From the IMG/VR virus record IMGVR_UViG_3300025660_000448, positions 1 through 63,072 of that record: 63,072 nucleotides of DNA; one strand, written 5' to 3'. The position numbers were made by a program, and so were the translations under genes. Origin of the DNA: a virus (lineage: Duplodnaviria; Caudoviricetes). This document shows positions 28,775 through 38,805 of this stretch, piece after piece (the stretch's first letter is position 1; each line of letters begins with the position of its first letter). The notes beneath the pieces are model-generated. The model worked only from the letters and a program-made list of their open reading frames with translations, ran no database searches and was not told the DNA's origin.

Positions 28775-29503
28775 TTGAGCTTTCATTCTACTCGATATTG
28801 TGTAGAATGCAATACAGAAATAAGGAGTTTCACCTTGAAAACTAAAAAATGTATGATGATTGAAGATTGCGATGGCTATAAGTATTTCACGTTTGTCAAA
28901 AATTACCGACAGCTTATAGAATTCGCAAATAAACTAAACGCAGAAATATCTATGGTGACTGTAGCTGCCGACGTTATGCCACCACTGCTCGACCTTGTTG
29001 ACCTAGCTAAAGCGTTAACAAACCAAGATTATAAGGTCGATGTTCCTTATACTGTAATCGAAACTAAAATCAAAAAGCATCTTCGTAACAAAACTAAAAC
29101 CGCCACAGCCGAAAAAACAAGAAAAGCAGAAACCATTAGGAACCATATTAGAGAACTATTTTTATGCCAAAAACATGTTTCTGCTACCGATGTCGCCTAC
29201 CATTTTAAGACATATGACTTCCTTCTTGCAACTTATAAAAACCATATTTTGGCAGTGCGAAAAGAATTATCAGAAAAAGGCTATAATGTAGCGAAGACTT
29301 CACCGGGACGTTATAGGATAATCGAAGATGATAAACCGAAAAAAAGAACATTGTCCGTGATGGATTGCATCAAAAAGAAACAGTTAGCTAAAAAACCAAA
29401 GAAGAAGAAGAATAAGTTAAGTGAATCGACTGTAAGAAGACTAAAGAGAGCAACCAGTGCAACCCGTAAGAAAAGAAAGTACCCTGAAGATAGATGGGAA
29501 TAG
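28775..29503 (+). CDS. Hypothetical basic protein (possible DNA binding)
   Basis: Long ORF, Lys-rich tail; true start uncertain. Confidence 0.55.
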   Translation: MSFHSTRYCVECNTEIRSFTLKTKKCMMIEDCDGYKYFTFVKNYRQLIEFANKLNAEISMVTVAADVMPPLLDLVDLAKALTNQDYKVDVPYTVIETKIKKHLRNKTKTATAEKTRKAETIRNHIRELFLCQKHVSATDVAYHFKTYDFLLATYKNHILAVRKELSEKGYNVAKTSPGRYRIIEDDKPKKRTLSVMDCIKKKQLAKKPKKKKNKLSESTVRRLKRATSATRKKRKYPEDRWE

Positions 29504-29513
29504 TGTTACCAAT

Positions 29514-29545
29514 AAAAAAGCCCACCTTTTGGTGGGCTTTTTTTT
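29514..29545. terminator. Bidirectional intrinsic terminator
   Basis: AAAAAAGCCCACC-TTTT-GGTGGGCTTTTTTTT between convergent genes. Confidence 0.92.
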
Positions 29546-29558
29546 ATAGGCAGATAAA

Positions 29559-30764
29559 TTATGAAAGGTCTAATATTTCATCTATATCTGGTTCGTCAGC
29601 AGAATTATCATTTGCCATATCTTTTTCCACTAAATCATCCGACATAGATAATTTGTATGCATCAGAATAAACAGCTAAATAATCTTCTACCTCTTTTTTT
29701 GAATCAGCATCTACTAAAGCTGGGCATCTTAAAATCAAATCCATTGGCACATCATTTCTTTCCTTCGATGCTTTGAATTTAATTTCTTCACCTCCAGCCC
29801 AAGGCTGTTGAACTGTATACGTACCTTTTCCAACTACTCGACCAGCGCCTATCAATACTTCTAAAAGACCACCAAGAGGGTTAATTCCACTCGCAAAATA
29901 TAGCTGTACGTTAGTTGTCCCTAAAAACGGACAAAACGAACGACTCTTCTTATTTTTTAAGTTAATATTAACTCCAATTGGAATTTTTCTTTCTTTATGT
30001 TCAATTTGTTTTCTTGGCCAAGTTCTAACACGACAATTGGCATAGAACGGAAGTGCCTTACCACCGCCTGCTGTAACTTCAGGGTCACCATATGCACCTA
30101 TCGCAACTCTAGTTTGGTTGATAACAAACAAAGTAGCATTGTTTTCATCCAAGAACGGATTTACTTTTCTTAACAATCGACCCGCTGCTTTCGCACGTTC
30201 TCCGGGCTGTTCTTTTCCACCAACAATCTTTTTGAATTGTTCTTGGGTATATTCTTCAGGAAGGTTTGTCTCTTTCCATTCCCGTTCACAAGAAGATACT
30301 CCAATAGAATCCCATGCAAAAAATATTGGAATGTCATCACCTTTTTTATCCCTAATAAGTTTTGTCATGCTATAAATCTTTCTCTCCACCTCTTCAATAA
30401 AAAGTGGTGTTTGAATAATTAATTGATTTTCATCTACATGACCAGCACTAACGGCAAACCTTTCATTTGCTGCACGCTCACAGTCCAAGAGAATAGATAT
30501 TCCTCCCATTCTCTGGCAAGCCCCCAATGCTGCATAAGCAAATAAACTTTTTGCGGATGCAGGAGGACCAAAAATCTCTATAATTCCTGTAGGCCAGCCA
30601 CCACCCATAAAACGCCCCGAATTAATATAATTCAAAGCTAAATTGCCACTATCTACAAAATATCTACTATCACCCAATCCTTTTAAAACACGACCACCTG
30701 TATGTTCTGCTAAATCAGCAAAAAAATCCGTATCTTTTTCTTTTTCTTTCTTTTTCTTTGGCAT
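29559..30764 (-). CDS. uvsX: RecA/UvsX recombinase
   Basis: GPPASAKS Walker A variant, DCERA, WDS, INQTR, GGKALPFYA. Confidence 0.88.
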   Translation of the reverse strand: MPKKKKEKEKDTDFFADLAEHTGGRVLKGLGDSRYFVDSGNLALNYINSGRFMGGGWPTGIIEIFGPPASAKSLFAYAALGACQRMGGISILLDCERAANERFAVSAGHVDENQLIIQTPLFIEEVERKIYSMTKLIRDKKGDDIPIFFAWDSIGVSSCEREWKETNLPEEYTQEQFKKIVGGKEQPGERAKAAGRLLRKVNPFLDENNATLFVINQTRVAIGAYGDPEVTAGGGKALPFYANCRVRTWPRKQIEHKERKIPIGVNINLKNKKSRSFCPFLGTTNVQLYFASGINPLGGLLEVLIGAGRVVGKGTYTVQQPWAGGEEIKFKASKERNDVPMDLILRCPALVDADSKKEVEDYLAVYSDAYKLSMSDDLVEKDMANDNSADEPDIDEILDLS

Positions 30765-30798
30765 ATTTTTCCTTTTTATTTTCAATACATTCATTCAG

Positions 30799-30832
30799 AA
30801 AAAGGGCCATGGGCTTCCGTTCCCATGGCCCT
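30799..30832 (-). terminator. Intrinsic terminator after ssb
   Basis: AGGGCCATGGG / CCCATGGCCCT stem followed by U tract on the minus strand. Confidence 0.85.
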
Positions 30833-30856
30833 CATGTTAGCATTCACAAAACACTA

Positions 30857-31819
30857 TTACATGTTTTTCAACGCTTCAATGAACTCATCTCCATCTAACG
30901 CATCATCTTCCGGCTCCGGTGTTGCTGGCGTTGCCGCTTCCGGCTGTGCCGCTGGCTCCGGTGTTGGCTCCGGTGTTTTAGCTTCTGTTACAACAGGAGC
31001 TTCTTCAGCGGGTGCCTTCTTCTGGAATTCCGAAGGGTCGAAATCATCATCAACATCCTTCTCAAGTCCTAGATGAACCTTAAGCTCATGCTTCAACTCT
31101 TCTTCACCCTTAAGAACACGAAGAAGTGAGAGGTCGTGAAGACCATTCAACCATTTTTCTACATCTTCACCCTCTCCCAATGGAGATTCGTCAAGGAATT
31201 TAGAATCACTATAGTTTGGATAACTATTTTGACCCGACTGCCTCATCGTCTTCATCAGTTTGAAATCACGACCACCCTTGACATCCGTAACATCGCCAAG
31301 AGGCTTTTCCTCAAGTTCCTTATCACCGCAAATAGCTCTAACAATCATTCCGTAAAGAGTCTTGCCGCAACTGAAAATCTTAGGACCAACATTCTGCTCT
31401 ACTGCCTGCTTTTCTTCATTAAACTGAGAACGCACTAATACATTGTAGTAATAACGCTCAATTGGCTTAATGTCCCTTGCTTTTGCCTGCATTGCTTCTG
31501 CCTCAGATGGGTCTTTCTTCTTCGACTCATTCCAAAGCCAATGGTAATAACGACAAATCGGGCATTCTCCAACCCAACGTCTACCATCCAACTCTTTTGG
31601 ACAATGCAAACTCTTACCATTTACACGGTGAATTCTTGTTCTTACAACGAAAGGATTCGTCTCTTTCTCAAACATGCCATCGTCAGCGGGGGGAAGAAGG
31701 CGAAGTGTTAAATGTCCATTACCATCAGGCATTCTTACGAAATTCTCTAGGAATTCATTCTTACCGCCTGCTGCCAGTCTCTCTTTCTCGTTTTGTATTT
31801 CTGCTAAATTTAGTCCCAT
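30857..31819 (-). CDS. T4 gp32-like single-stranded DNA-binding protein
   Basis: LRLLP, CPIC, YYNVLV, GRDFKL, YPNYSDSKF, acidic tail. Confidence 0.85.
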   Translation of the reverse strand: MGLNLAEIQNEKERLAAGGKNEFLENFVRMPDGNGHLTLRLLPPADDGMFEKETNPFVVRTRIHRVNGKSLHCPKELDGRRWVGECPICRYYHWLWNESKKKDPSEAEAMQAKARDIKPIERYYYNVLVRSQFNEEKQAVEQNVGPKIFSCGKTLYGMIVRAICGDKELEEKPLGDVTDVKGGRDFKLMKTMRQSGQNSYPNYSDSKFLDESPLGEGEDVEKWLNGLHDLSLLRVLKGEEELKHELKVHLGLEKDVDDDFDPSEFQKKAPAEEAPVVTEAKTPEPTPEPAAQPEAATPATPEPEDDALDGDEFIEALKNM

Positions 31820-31945
31820 TTTTTTGTTTCTCCTTGTTAAAAGTTAAGTTAATGGTTTACTTGTTTACTATAACTATAATCGTTTAAAATGCAAGTTAAT
31901 TAAGCTAAAAATAAAATTAATAAAAAAAAAGTAAATTATTATTAC

Positions 31946-32359
31946 TTATTTTTCTACCTCTTCTACTTCAGCTTCGGCAATATTTTCAGCATTAGCAGCG
32001 TTCTTTTTAGCTATTGCTTTCAACTTCTCTTGTATAGTTACATTTCCTTGGTCTTCAAGTTCTTTGTTTAATTCTTCTCTTTTTGCCTTTTCCGCATCAT
32101 ATTCTTTTTCAAGGGCTTCTAGAACTTCAAGATTATGTTGCAACTTAGCCTTAATTTTTTCATCCTTCTCCGCTTGTTTTTCCGGTGTCAAAGGATGACG
32201 GAATGGCTCTCTTTTGGGTTCAGCATCCCTTATTCTTTTTTCGATATCTCGTTCCTTCTTTTTTTCAGCACGGTCTTTCATTCTCTTTTTAAGAAACATA
32301 GATTTATTTTTCTTTGTTCTATCTTTTTTCTTCTTATCTTTTTTTCTTGTTTTATTCAT
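31946..32359 (-). CDS. Hypothetical charged coiled-coil protein
   Basis: K/E-rich ORF in operon. Confidence 0.6.
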   Translation of the reverse strand: MNKTRKKDKKKKDRTKKNKSMFLKKRMKDRAEKKKERDIEKRIRDAEPKREPFRHPLTPEKQAEKDEKIKAKLQHNLEVLEALEKEYDAEKAKREELNKELEDQGNVTIQEKLKAIAKKNAANAENIAEAEVEEVEK

Positions 32360-32365
32360 TTTTTT

Positions 32366-33121
32366 TTACCTTAAAGCTGGGATATTATCATTTTGGGCAC
32401 CAGACCAAACCAACCCTGAATCAGATAATCCTCCGTCTGTTTTTCCTGTTAAATCTCCTCTTGGTATTACCATCGAAAACAACTTATCAACACACCACAT
32501 CAAGCTGCCCTTATCATCTCTAGTTTTATATAAAATATTACGACCTTCTGCCTCATTTTTTTCAGCATATATAGGATACGCTTTTTTTAGAGTAAATGAC
32601 ATATTAGGATTAGTACCTCTAGCATAGTTCACCCAACTCTCATCATCAGGCCAATAATATTCACGTCTTATAGGCTGTTCACTGGTTTTATGGGGGGCTG
32701 ACACCACTTTCTCATTAGAGTGGCTTACAGCCTGTTGTGGGGCTGCTGTAGGGACTACTGCAACCCCTTCTAAGAACTCTGGATGGGCCTTAATAATGGC
32801 TTGAAGCTGTTCTTTTACATCATTCTCTTCGGAGCATTGAACAGGTGGTCCATCATCAAACTTAAATTTTTTATTCTTAATCTTGATTCCATTTTCCTCT
32901 TCCGAAAAACTTATTTTTTTCTTTTTATATTCATAAGTTTCTATTTCTGTAACCAAGATGTTTCTTCGAGCAAGAAGGGACATAACCTTTCCAGCTAGAT
33001 TATCCAGTGGTAAATCTTCATAAGGAGAACCTACTTTAATGCTTCCTTCTTTAGTCTCATCTGTATCATATTCACCATCTTCATCTTTGGTGTAATATTT
33101 ATATTTTACTTCGTATCCCAT
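32366..33121 (-). CDS. Hypothetical protein
   Basis: GAGG RBS, 251 aa. Confidence 0.65.
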   Translation of the reverse strand: MGYEVKYKYYTKDEDGEYDTDETKEGSIKVGSPYEDLPLDNLAGKVMSLLARRNILVTEIETYEYKKKKISFSEEENGIKIKNKKFKFDDGPPVQCSEENDVKEQLQAIIKAHPEFLEGVAVVPTAAPQQAVSHSNEKVVSAPHKTSEQPIRREYYWPDDESWVNYARGTNPNMSFTLKKAYPIYAEKNEAEGRNILYKTRDDKGSLMWCVDKLFSMVIPRGDLTGKTDGGLSDSGLVWSGAQNDNIPALR

Positions 33122-33158
33122 TTTATTACCTCAAAATAACTTAGTATAAAAAACATGT

Positions 33159-33761
33159 TTATTTTTGAATTATTCCAATTCCATATCTTGTATTAAAAAT
33201 AATAGGCACACGATTTTTTATATGACAAAAATCATCAAATCCACAATTAGACCCTATGTAATCAACTACTATTAACCCATCTAATTTAATGTGCTCCCAT
33301 AAAATATCTAATCTGGCTATTTGCTCTTCACTAGAAACTTCCCCGTTTACAATAGCAATATCCCATGAATCTTTAGATAATCCCTCTTGAACTTCCTCGA
33401 TAGTTCCTTCACAGATATCAAATTTTTTATGATAATTATTCTTTATGTTGGAAACCCCCATACGTGAAGAATAAAACTTCTCTGTATTCTCATGAAATAC
33501 AAACATATTCTCCACTGTATTATTTCCCTTCAAAAAACAACCACTATAAAGACCCAAATTAAAATTCCACTCAATCAAACTCTTAGCATCTACTCTTTTC
33601 CCTAAATGATAATATAAAGGAAAATATAAAGGGTCTTGATAAGCTCCGGTTAATCTAGGTTTGTCTGAAAGTAATCGAAAATTACCAAGCAAAACGCTGG
33701 AACTTATTGTTTGTTTTTTCAGGTCTTCCTGTAATTCGAGTTGTAACGATTGTATATCCAT
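33159..33761 (-). CDS. Degenerate class I SAM methyltransferase-like protein
   Basis: WDIAIVNG, IKLDGLIVVD resemble the Methyltransf_24 C-terminal part; no clear GxGxG. Confidence 0.45.
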   Translation of the reverse strand: MDIQSLQLELQEDLKKQTISSSVLLGNFRLLSDKPRLTGAYQDPLYFPLYYHLGKRVDAKSLIEWNFNLGLYSGCFLKGNNTVENMFVFHENTEKFYSSRMGVSNIKNNYHKKFDICEGTIEEVQEGLSKDSWDIAIVNGEVSSEEQIARLDILWEHIKLDGLIVVDYIGSNCGFDDFCHIKNRVPIIFNTRYGIGIIQK

Positions 33762-33973
33762 AAAAAAAGGGAACCCAAAAGAAACAATCTTTTGAACCCC
33801 CTTACCTCGGCCCGAGATTTTGTATATCTCTTTGCGATTCCATTGAGTTGTGCCTTACAAAGCATCCAACCCTCGTGTTAACTTCTCGCTGCCCTAACAA
33901 AACGATGTGCCATCCACACGAACAGGCACATTCGCCTTCTTTATTAAAGCTGAAGACGAAACTAACCAAGGCA
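33762..33973 (-). ncRNA. Candidate ~210-nt structured RNA with possible pseudoknot and 3' terminator
   Basis: Closing stem GCCUUGGUU/GGCCGAGGU, several internal hairpins, terminator GGGGUUCAAAAGA/UCUUUUGGGUUCCC + U7. Confidence 0.6.
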
Positions 33974-34002
33974 TATTATATATTCTTAATACTATAATTT
34001 TT

Positions 34003-34518
34003 TTAATCATCTTTTGAAGAAGCTATAATTTCATCTACTTCTTGGTCTAAACTGCCATCCATCTTATTTTTTGCAAAGGTATCACGATTTAACTTATCTA
34101 TTTCTTTTCTAAGCATGTGTCCTCTACTTTGTGCATTTTCATGGCATTTATCCCACGCACGTAAATGCTGCTGTAATACCTTAACTTTATGTCGAGCAGC
34201 AATTTCATGGTCCTTGGCCTTCTTGACTTCATCATCACTTTTTACCCGTGCCTCAACAAATTTATCTGAGCCACCTTCTGATTTGAATTGGGCAAACTTT
34301 TCTGAACTCATTTGGTCATGTTTAGCAGAAAAAACCTGCCACTCCGCATCAGCGTCCGCAAGCCGTTGGCCAAAATAATTATACCACACACCTTCTTCTT
34401 CTGTGTATTTGGTAAGTGTTACCTCTGAAAACGTGAGCTTTTTAGGGTCTATAACCACGTCCTGCCCAGCCACTTTTATTGTTCGTAATCCATCTAAAAT
34501 ATCATCTAATTTTGTCAT
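34003..34518 (-). CDS. UvsY-like recombination mediator
   Basis: Helical 171-aa protein, SDKFVEARVKSD, position between helicase and ssb/uvsX. Confidence 0.6.
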   Translation of the reverse strand: MTKLDDILDGLRTIKVAGQDVVIDPKKLTFSEVTLTKYTEEEGVWYNYFGQRLADADAEWQVFSAKHDQMSSEKFAQFKSEGGSDKFVEARVKSDDEVKKAKDHEIAARHKVKVLQQHLRAWDKCHENAQSRGHMLRKEIDKLNRDTFAKNKMDGSLDQEVDEIIASSKDD

Positions 34519-34520
34519 TT

Positions 34521-36104
34521 TTATCCTTCCATTCTAAAATTCACTTCCCTCTGATTGTTATCTATAAAACTTCTTACTTTCTGGTCATCATTCATTACAC
34601 TTGTTGTAGTTTCTTCTTTAGTATTACGATATTCTTTCAATATCTTTGAGTATTTCTCATAACTAATTTCTTTAATTGCTAACGTGTCATAATTAATTTC
34701 CACATGGAAAGAAAACCTACTCTTTCCTGACCTATGTTTAGCCACATATATTCGAGCAAGACCGCAATCTTTCTCTTCTTGCAATTGGTTTATGGTCCAC
34801 ATAGCGTCAAGAGGTTTTATCTGTGCATAAGAATCGCCTAGATTTTCATCGTCAATCAACTGACCACTTCTAATAACTTCTTTAGCAGACCTATTCGGCT
34901 GCATTGCTGTCAAAACTAAAACATTTTCTTCTACAGCAAACCCACGTAAATCTCTTGTCATTCTATATCTTGATTCATGCGTCGGAATCCCGGCATAATC
35001 TTTCATTTCTCCAATATAATCAATTATGACTAAATCAGGATGAAACCCACGTAACCCTAGCTGAGAGTGATATGCACGAAATGAAGCCATATCCATCTGA
35101 CCACCGGGGAACTGTTTAATTACCAACATTCGTTCTTCTTCGCAAACATCATCTTGGTATTCTTTAACAAAATCAAAAACAAGTTGTTTTTTATCAAGTA
35201 AATTATTTATCGTAATTTTATCTTCTTCCCCAACATCGGGATTTTGAATCATACTAGATAATTCAGCATCAAATCTTTCTGCGACACCATCTTGGTCAAT
35301 CTCAAGTGAAATATATAATACCTTTTTCTTCTTAGTGATATTAGCAATTGCCGCCACTTTTAAAGCTAAAGATTTACCAGTCCCACTTAATCCAACCCAA
35401 GAACCAATTTCTCCTCGCTTCATCCCTTCACCAGCAAGAGCCATGTCAATAGCTGGGAACCCAGAAGTAAATCGGTCTTGCATTTCCACATCTTTATTCA
35501 TCCTATCATATCTTTCTTCTATCGTCTGAAAATAATCTAAACCAAAATCAAAATTATGTTCAACAGTCAATGCTTCTCTAAGCACATCGTGAATAGTTTC
35601 CCATGTATCATCTGATTCTGGGTCTTCTTTGATGGCCTGTAAAGATTCACGAAATGCTTGCTTTAAAGCTTGTGTCTTTGCAAAATTAACAATCTTATCC
35701 CTATAATAATCTCTCGACTCCATACCGGGAAGATAATCTAAGATAATTTCGTTATATCCTCCAATATGAAGAACTTTAATCTCGTCTGCTTTACCATCAA
35801 GCTTCCCGTTAAGCTCATTAATCATTTGAACTCTACTGGGAAGCGTTTGATACTTATCAAAATGTTTGAAAAGAATTTCACAAATATGACGATGATTTTC
35901 ATTTATGAAATAATTAGGTTTTATAATAGCTAAACTTTCTAATAAGAAATTTCGGTCATGCAAAAGAAGACCGAGTAATTCTTTTTGAAAATCCTCATCC
36001 CATTTATAGGCATTAGTTTTCTCTGCATCAGGATTAACTAGTTTAGATAATTCTGCCGCTTCTTCTTTAGTTAACTCTATGGGTAATTGTTCAATTCCAT
36101 CCAT
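34521..36104 (-). CDS. DnaB/gp41-like replicative helicase
   Basis: GLSGTGKS, YISLE, IIDYI, TAMQPNR, AKHRSG. Confidence 0.92.
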   Translation of the reverse strand: MDGIEQLPIELTKEEAAELSKLVNPDAEKTNAYKWDEDFQKELLGLLLHDRNFLLESLAIIKPNYFINENHRHICEILFKHFDKYQTLPSRVQMINELNGKLDGKADEIKVLHIGGYNEIILDYLPGMESRDYYRDKIVNFAKTQALKQAFRESLQAIKEDPESDDTWETIHDVLREALTVEHNFDFGLDYFQTIEERYDRMNKDVEMQDRFTSGFPAIDMALAGEGMKRGEIGSWVGLSGTGKSLALKVAAIANITKKKKVLYISLEIDQDGVAERFDAELSSMIQNPDVGEEDKITINNLLDKKQLVFDFVKEYQDDVCEEERMLVIKQFPGGQMDMASFRAYHSQLGLRGFHPDLVIIDYIGEMKDYAGIPTHESRYRMTRDLRGFAVEENVLVLTAMQPNRSAKEVIRSGQLIDDENLGDSYAQIKPLDAMWTINQLQEEKDCGLARIYVAKHRSGKSRFSFHVEINYDTLAIKEISYEKYSKILKEYRNTKEETTTSVMNDDQKVRSFIDNNQREVNFRMEG

Positions 36105-36161
36105 ACGATTTATTTTACCTTATTTTTATAAATAATCAAACAATTAATTCTAATTTTGATA

Positions 36162-36839
36162 CTAATTTTGATGTTTTGAAACCATATGACACATGTTAAT
36201 GAAATATTCCTGAGCATATCTGTGTTTCATTATGTTTATATGCTTGTGTACCCATTGAATATTTTCTTTTGTATATCCTTTTTCATTTTCAATACGGTCA
36301 ATAGAGGCAGTCATTATTGGTTTAAAAGTTAATTCTATGCCCGTTAAAGTGCATTTATAATTCTGTTTCTCCAACACTTCTATAGCATCTTCTTCTGTAA
36401 TAGACCATTCTCTTTTTCTTGTTTGTGCCTGTTTCATCGTTTTGTACCACCAACTTGACGGTATGATTTCTGTTTCTACGGTTTTATTGTGACCACATTC
36501 AAAACAACACTTAGATGAATGTCGTATTAAATTATTCCCACCTACACTTCGTTCATTCCCACATTTACATCTACATAACCACATGCTCTTCCCATGTCTA
36601 TCATTTGGAAGCCTTTTTAATACTGTCCAATCACAAATCTGTTCTCCTTGGAGTTTTAATGCTCGACAATTTTTACATCTCTTTGTTTTTCCATGAAATA
36701 CCCTCGATGCCACTAAGCTTGTTTCATAACCACATTCACATTGACAAATATAGCGACGACGCCGCCTTTCATCTACTTTATCAAAAGAAATAATTAACCA
36801 ATCATTATATTTCTTTCCTACCTCTAAAATTGTTCTCAT
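36162..36839 (-). CDS. HNH-like homing endonuclease
   Basis: Repeated (Y/W)xCxCxCG modules; CTLTG, SIDRIENEKGYTKENIQWVHKHINIMK. Confidence 0.82.
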   Translation of the reverse strand: MRTILEVGKKYNDWLIISFDKVDERRRRRYICQCECGYETSLVASRVFHGKTKRCKNCRALKLQGEQICDWTVLKRLPNDRHGKSMWLCRCKCGNERSVGGNNLIRHSSKCCFECGHNKTVETEIIPSSWWYKTMKQAQTRKREWSITEEDAIEVLEKQNYKCTLTGIELTFKPIMTASIDRIENEKGYTKENIQWVHKHINIMKHRYAQEYFINMCHMVSKHQN

Positions 36840-36869
36840 ATATTATCCCTTTGTTATCATATATGAGTA
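36835..36869 (-). promoter_or_regulatory. Start-codon-masking hairpin leader
   Basis: CTCATATAT / ATATATGAG 9-bp stem, 15-nt loop with AAAGGGA, ATG 36839 in the 3' arm. Confidence 0.75.
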
Positions 36870-37444
36870 CGAGTGGTTAATTTTGAAGAAGAAAGATAAT
36901 CAAATTCAGAAAGCGAGACCATTGCTTGTCTAATTCCTTTTTCCCTTGTTATCTTTTTTCCCATAGATTTCTGGGCATTCCACGTAATAGCCTTACAATA
37001 TGTGGTAAATTTCCCATCAATCTCCAAAGGCGCTTTTCTGGAAGGTCTCTCCTTAGCTGGGACCACCTTCCTAAGAATTTTATTTAGAATTTTTTCTTGA
37101 TATGGTCCGAATTTTTGACGACTAGCACCATGACGTGTTTTATTAGCCCAAAGGTCTTTTAATTCTAAAACAATTAGCGTCAACAATTCATCTTCATCTT
37201 TTACAAATTTATAACATAAATCAAGAGACTTTTCGATATAAATTTGTCTTTTGTAATATGACCCTGCTCGGATTAATGCTATTGTTAGCTCCTGAGCGAT
37301 GTCTTCTTGTTCATCCGTATGATTATTTCTGCTATTTTTTTTATAAAGCTGCCAAGCAATATAATGATTCAAATCACCGAACTTTTTGTGCAACGTCGAA
37401 TACTCTTCCTCTCCTATTGGGAAGGACTTACATATTTCATTCAT
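36857..37444 (-). CDS. Sigma-factor-like protein (region 2 only; possible late sigma)
   Basis: EDIAQE...ALIRA and KFTTY...TWN resemble sigma70 regions 2.2-2.4; no region 4. Confidence 0.55.
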   Translation of the reverse strand: MNEICKSFPIGEEEYSTLHKKFGDLNHYIAWQLYKKNSRNNHTDEQEDIAQELTIALIRAGSYYKRQIYIEKSLDLCYKFVKDEDELLTLIVLELKDLWANKTRHGASRQKFGPYQEKILNKILRKVVPAKERPSRKAPLEIDGKFTTYCKAITWNAQKSMGKKITREKGIRQAMVSLSEFDYLSSSKLTTRTHI

Positions 37445-38744
37445 CTATCCTCATTTCTTTTAATTCGTCTAAATTATCTCCAATTTTACATGAAACTTTT
37501 AACCTGAGACCTTTGAAAAATCTGTCCTCAGATTCCAATACTTCTTTAGCTCGTCTCGCTACTTTCATACTATTTTCTTTTGGCACATATAAAACATAAC
37601 CATCATGAATATGAAAAGCAACCTCGGCAAGCCCTCTCATTGCATCATATAACTCAACCAACTTGTGCAAACACAATAATGCTGCTGGGGATTGTACGAT
37701 AAAATTACGCACCTTATACGTTTGGTCAAATTCTCGGCATCTTCCGTGTATATCAATCCCCACTCCATCTACTAATAAGTTTTGTTGTGCTTGTATCCAA
37801 TCCATCGCCATTGGTAAGCGAGCATAGATTCTCTCCACCAATTTTTTTGCTGTTTCTTCCGATATTTTGTTAGCCTTTGCTACAGAAGCAACCCCTTGTC
37901 CATATACTACAGGAAGAAATAACCCTTTACATTTTTCACGAAACTTTGGTGTACTTTCCAATGCCGTGATAATCGTCCATACGGCCTCATAAATATCTTT
38001 CCCTGAATCTAATATACTTCCTAAAACTTCATCATCACTTAACCACTGGAGAACTGAGACCTCCATGTGTTTATAATCTAAATACATAAACGTTCGGTCA
38101 AAACCAATTGGTCTTAATGCTCGTCTGTCTTCAAGGCCCATTGAATGTGGGTTAAAACCATCTTGAAGAATTTTTGAGCATTTCATTCGGCCATTGACTT
38201 GGCCGTTTATTTCATAATGACTATGAAGCCGTTTTTTAAGTCCCCGGTGATTAACACCGATAGTCTCCATAGCCGGGACGACTCGTGTTATCAAAGGTAT
38301 ATATATCCCCTCATAAACTTTTTGAAGCTTTTCCCAAGAAGAATGTTGTACCACTTTAGCAAGTCTATCTTTTGCTTCTTTTAAGGATGTGGGGGCATTT
38401 TTTTCAATCCCCAAATACCATTCAAGAATTTTTAAATCATATATTTTCGAATTAAGCTCAAATGGGGCTTTTGTTTTACCTAGAATATAACTGAACAATT
38501 CTTTAAGATTCCACCCAATAATTACATTTGGTTTATCTTTACCGGAAATGTAAGTTAAGATTTGTGCTCGTATCTTCTTGAGTCCATTAAGAGCAGAAGG
38601 CCATGGAAGCTTAATATTCCCATCACCAGCCCAATGTATGTTGATGTGTGTAGGTTTATCACCTGTAAAATCACCGACATCAGGCTGAAACTCAACAAAG
38701 AGTGTTTGGCCCCATATTTTATTTAAAGCAGACGCAAAAGACAT
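37437..38744 (-). CDS. Compact family A DNA polymerase
   Basis: Motif A LDYKHMEV, motif B REKCKGLFLPVVYG, NFIVQSPAA, motif C IHDG; start reassigned to 38744. Confidence 0.85.
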   Translation of the reverse strand: MSFASALNKIWGQTLFVEFQPDVGDFTGDKPTHINIHWAGDGNIKLPWPSALNGLKKIRAQILTYISGKDKPNVIIGWNLKELFSYILGKTKAPFELNSKIYDLKILEWYLGIEKNAPTSLKEAKDRLAKVVQHSSWEKLQKVYEGIYIPLITRVVPAMETIGVNHRGLKKRLHSHYEINGQVNGRMKCSKILQDGFNPHSMGLEDRRALRPIGFDRTFMYLDYKHMEVSVLQWLSDDEVLGSILDSGKDIYEAVWTIITALESTPKFREKCKGLFLPVVYGQGVASVAKANKISEETAKKLVERIYARLPMAMDWIQAQQNLLVDGVGIDIHGRCREFDQTYKVRNFIVQSPAALLCLHKLVELYDAMRGLAEVAFHIHDGYVLYVPKENSMKVARRAKEVLESEDRFFKGLRLKVSCKIGDNLDELKEMRIDE

Positions 38745-38805
38745 TAAGAAATTATAACAAAAATGAAACTGATAATCAACCCCTTTAATTGAAAAATAAA
38801 ACTTT

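Noticed and set aside
33894-33974. 26-aa sORF MPWLVSSSALIKKANVPVRVDGTSFC or tmRNA tag in the structured region
   Set aside because: No tRNA-like ends or AA-stop tag; base pairing explains the region better
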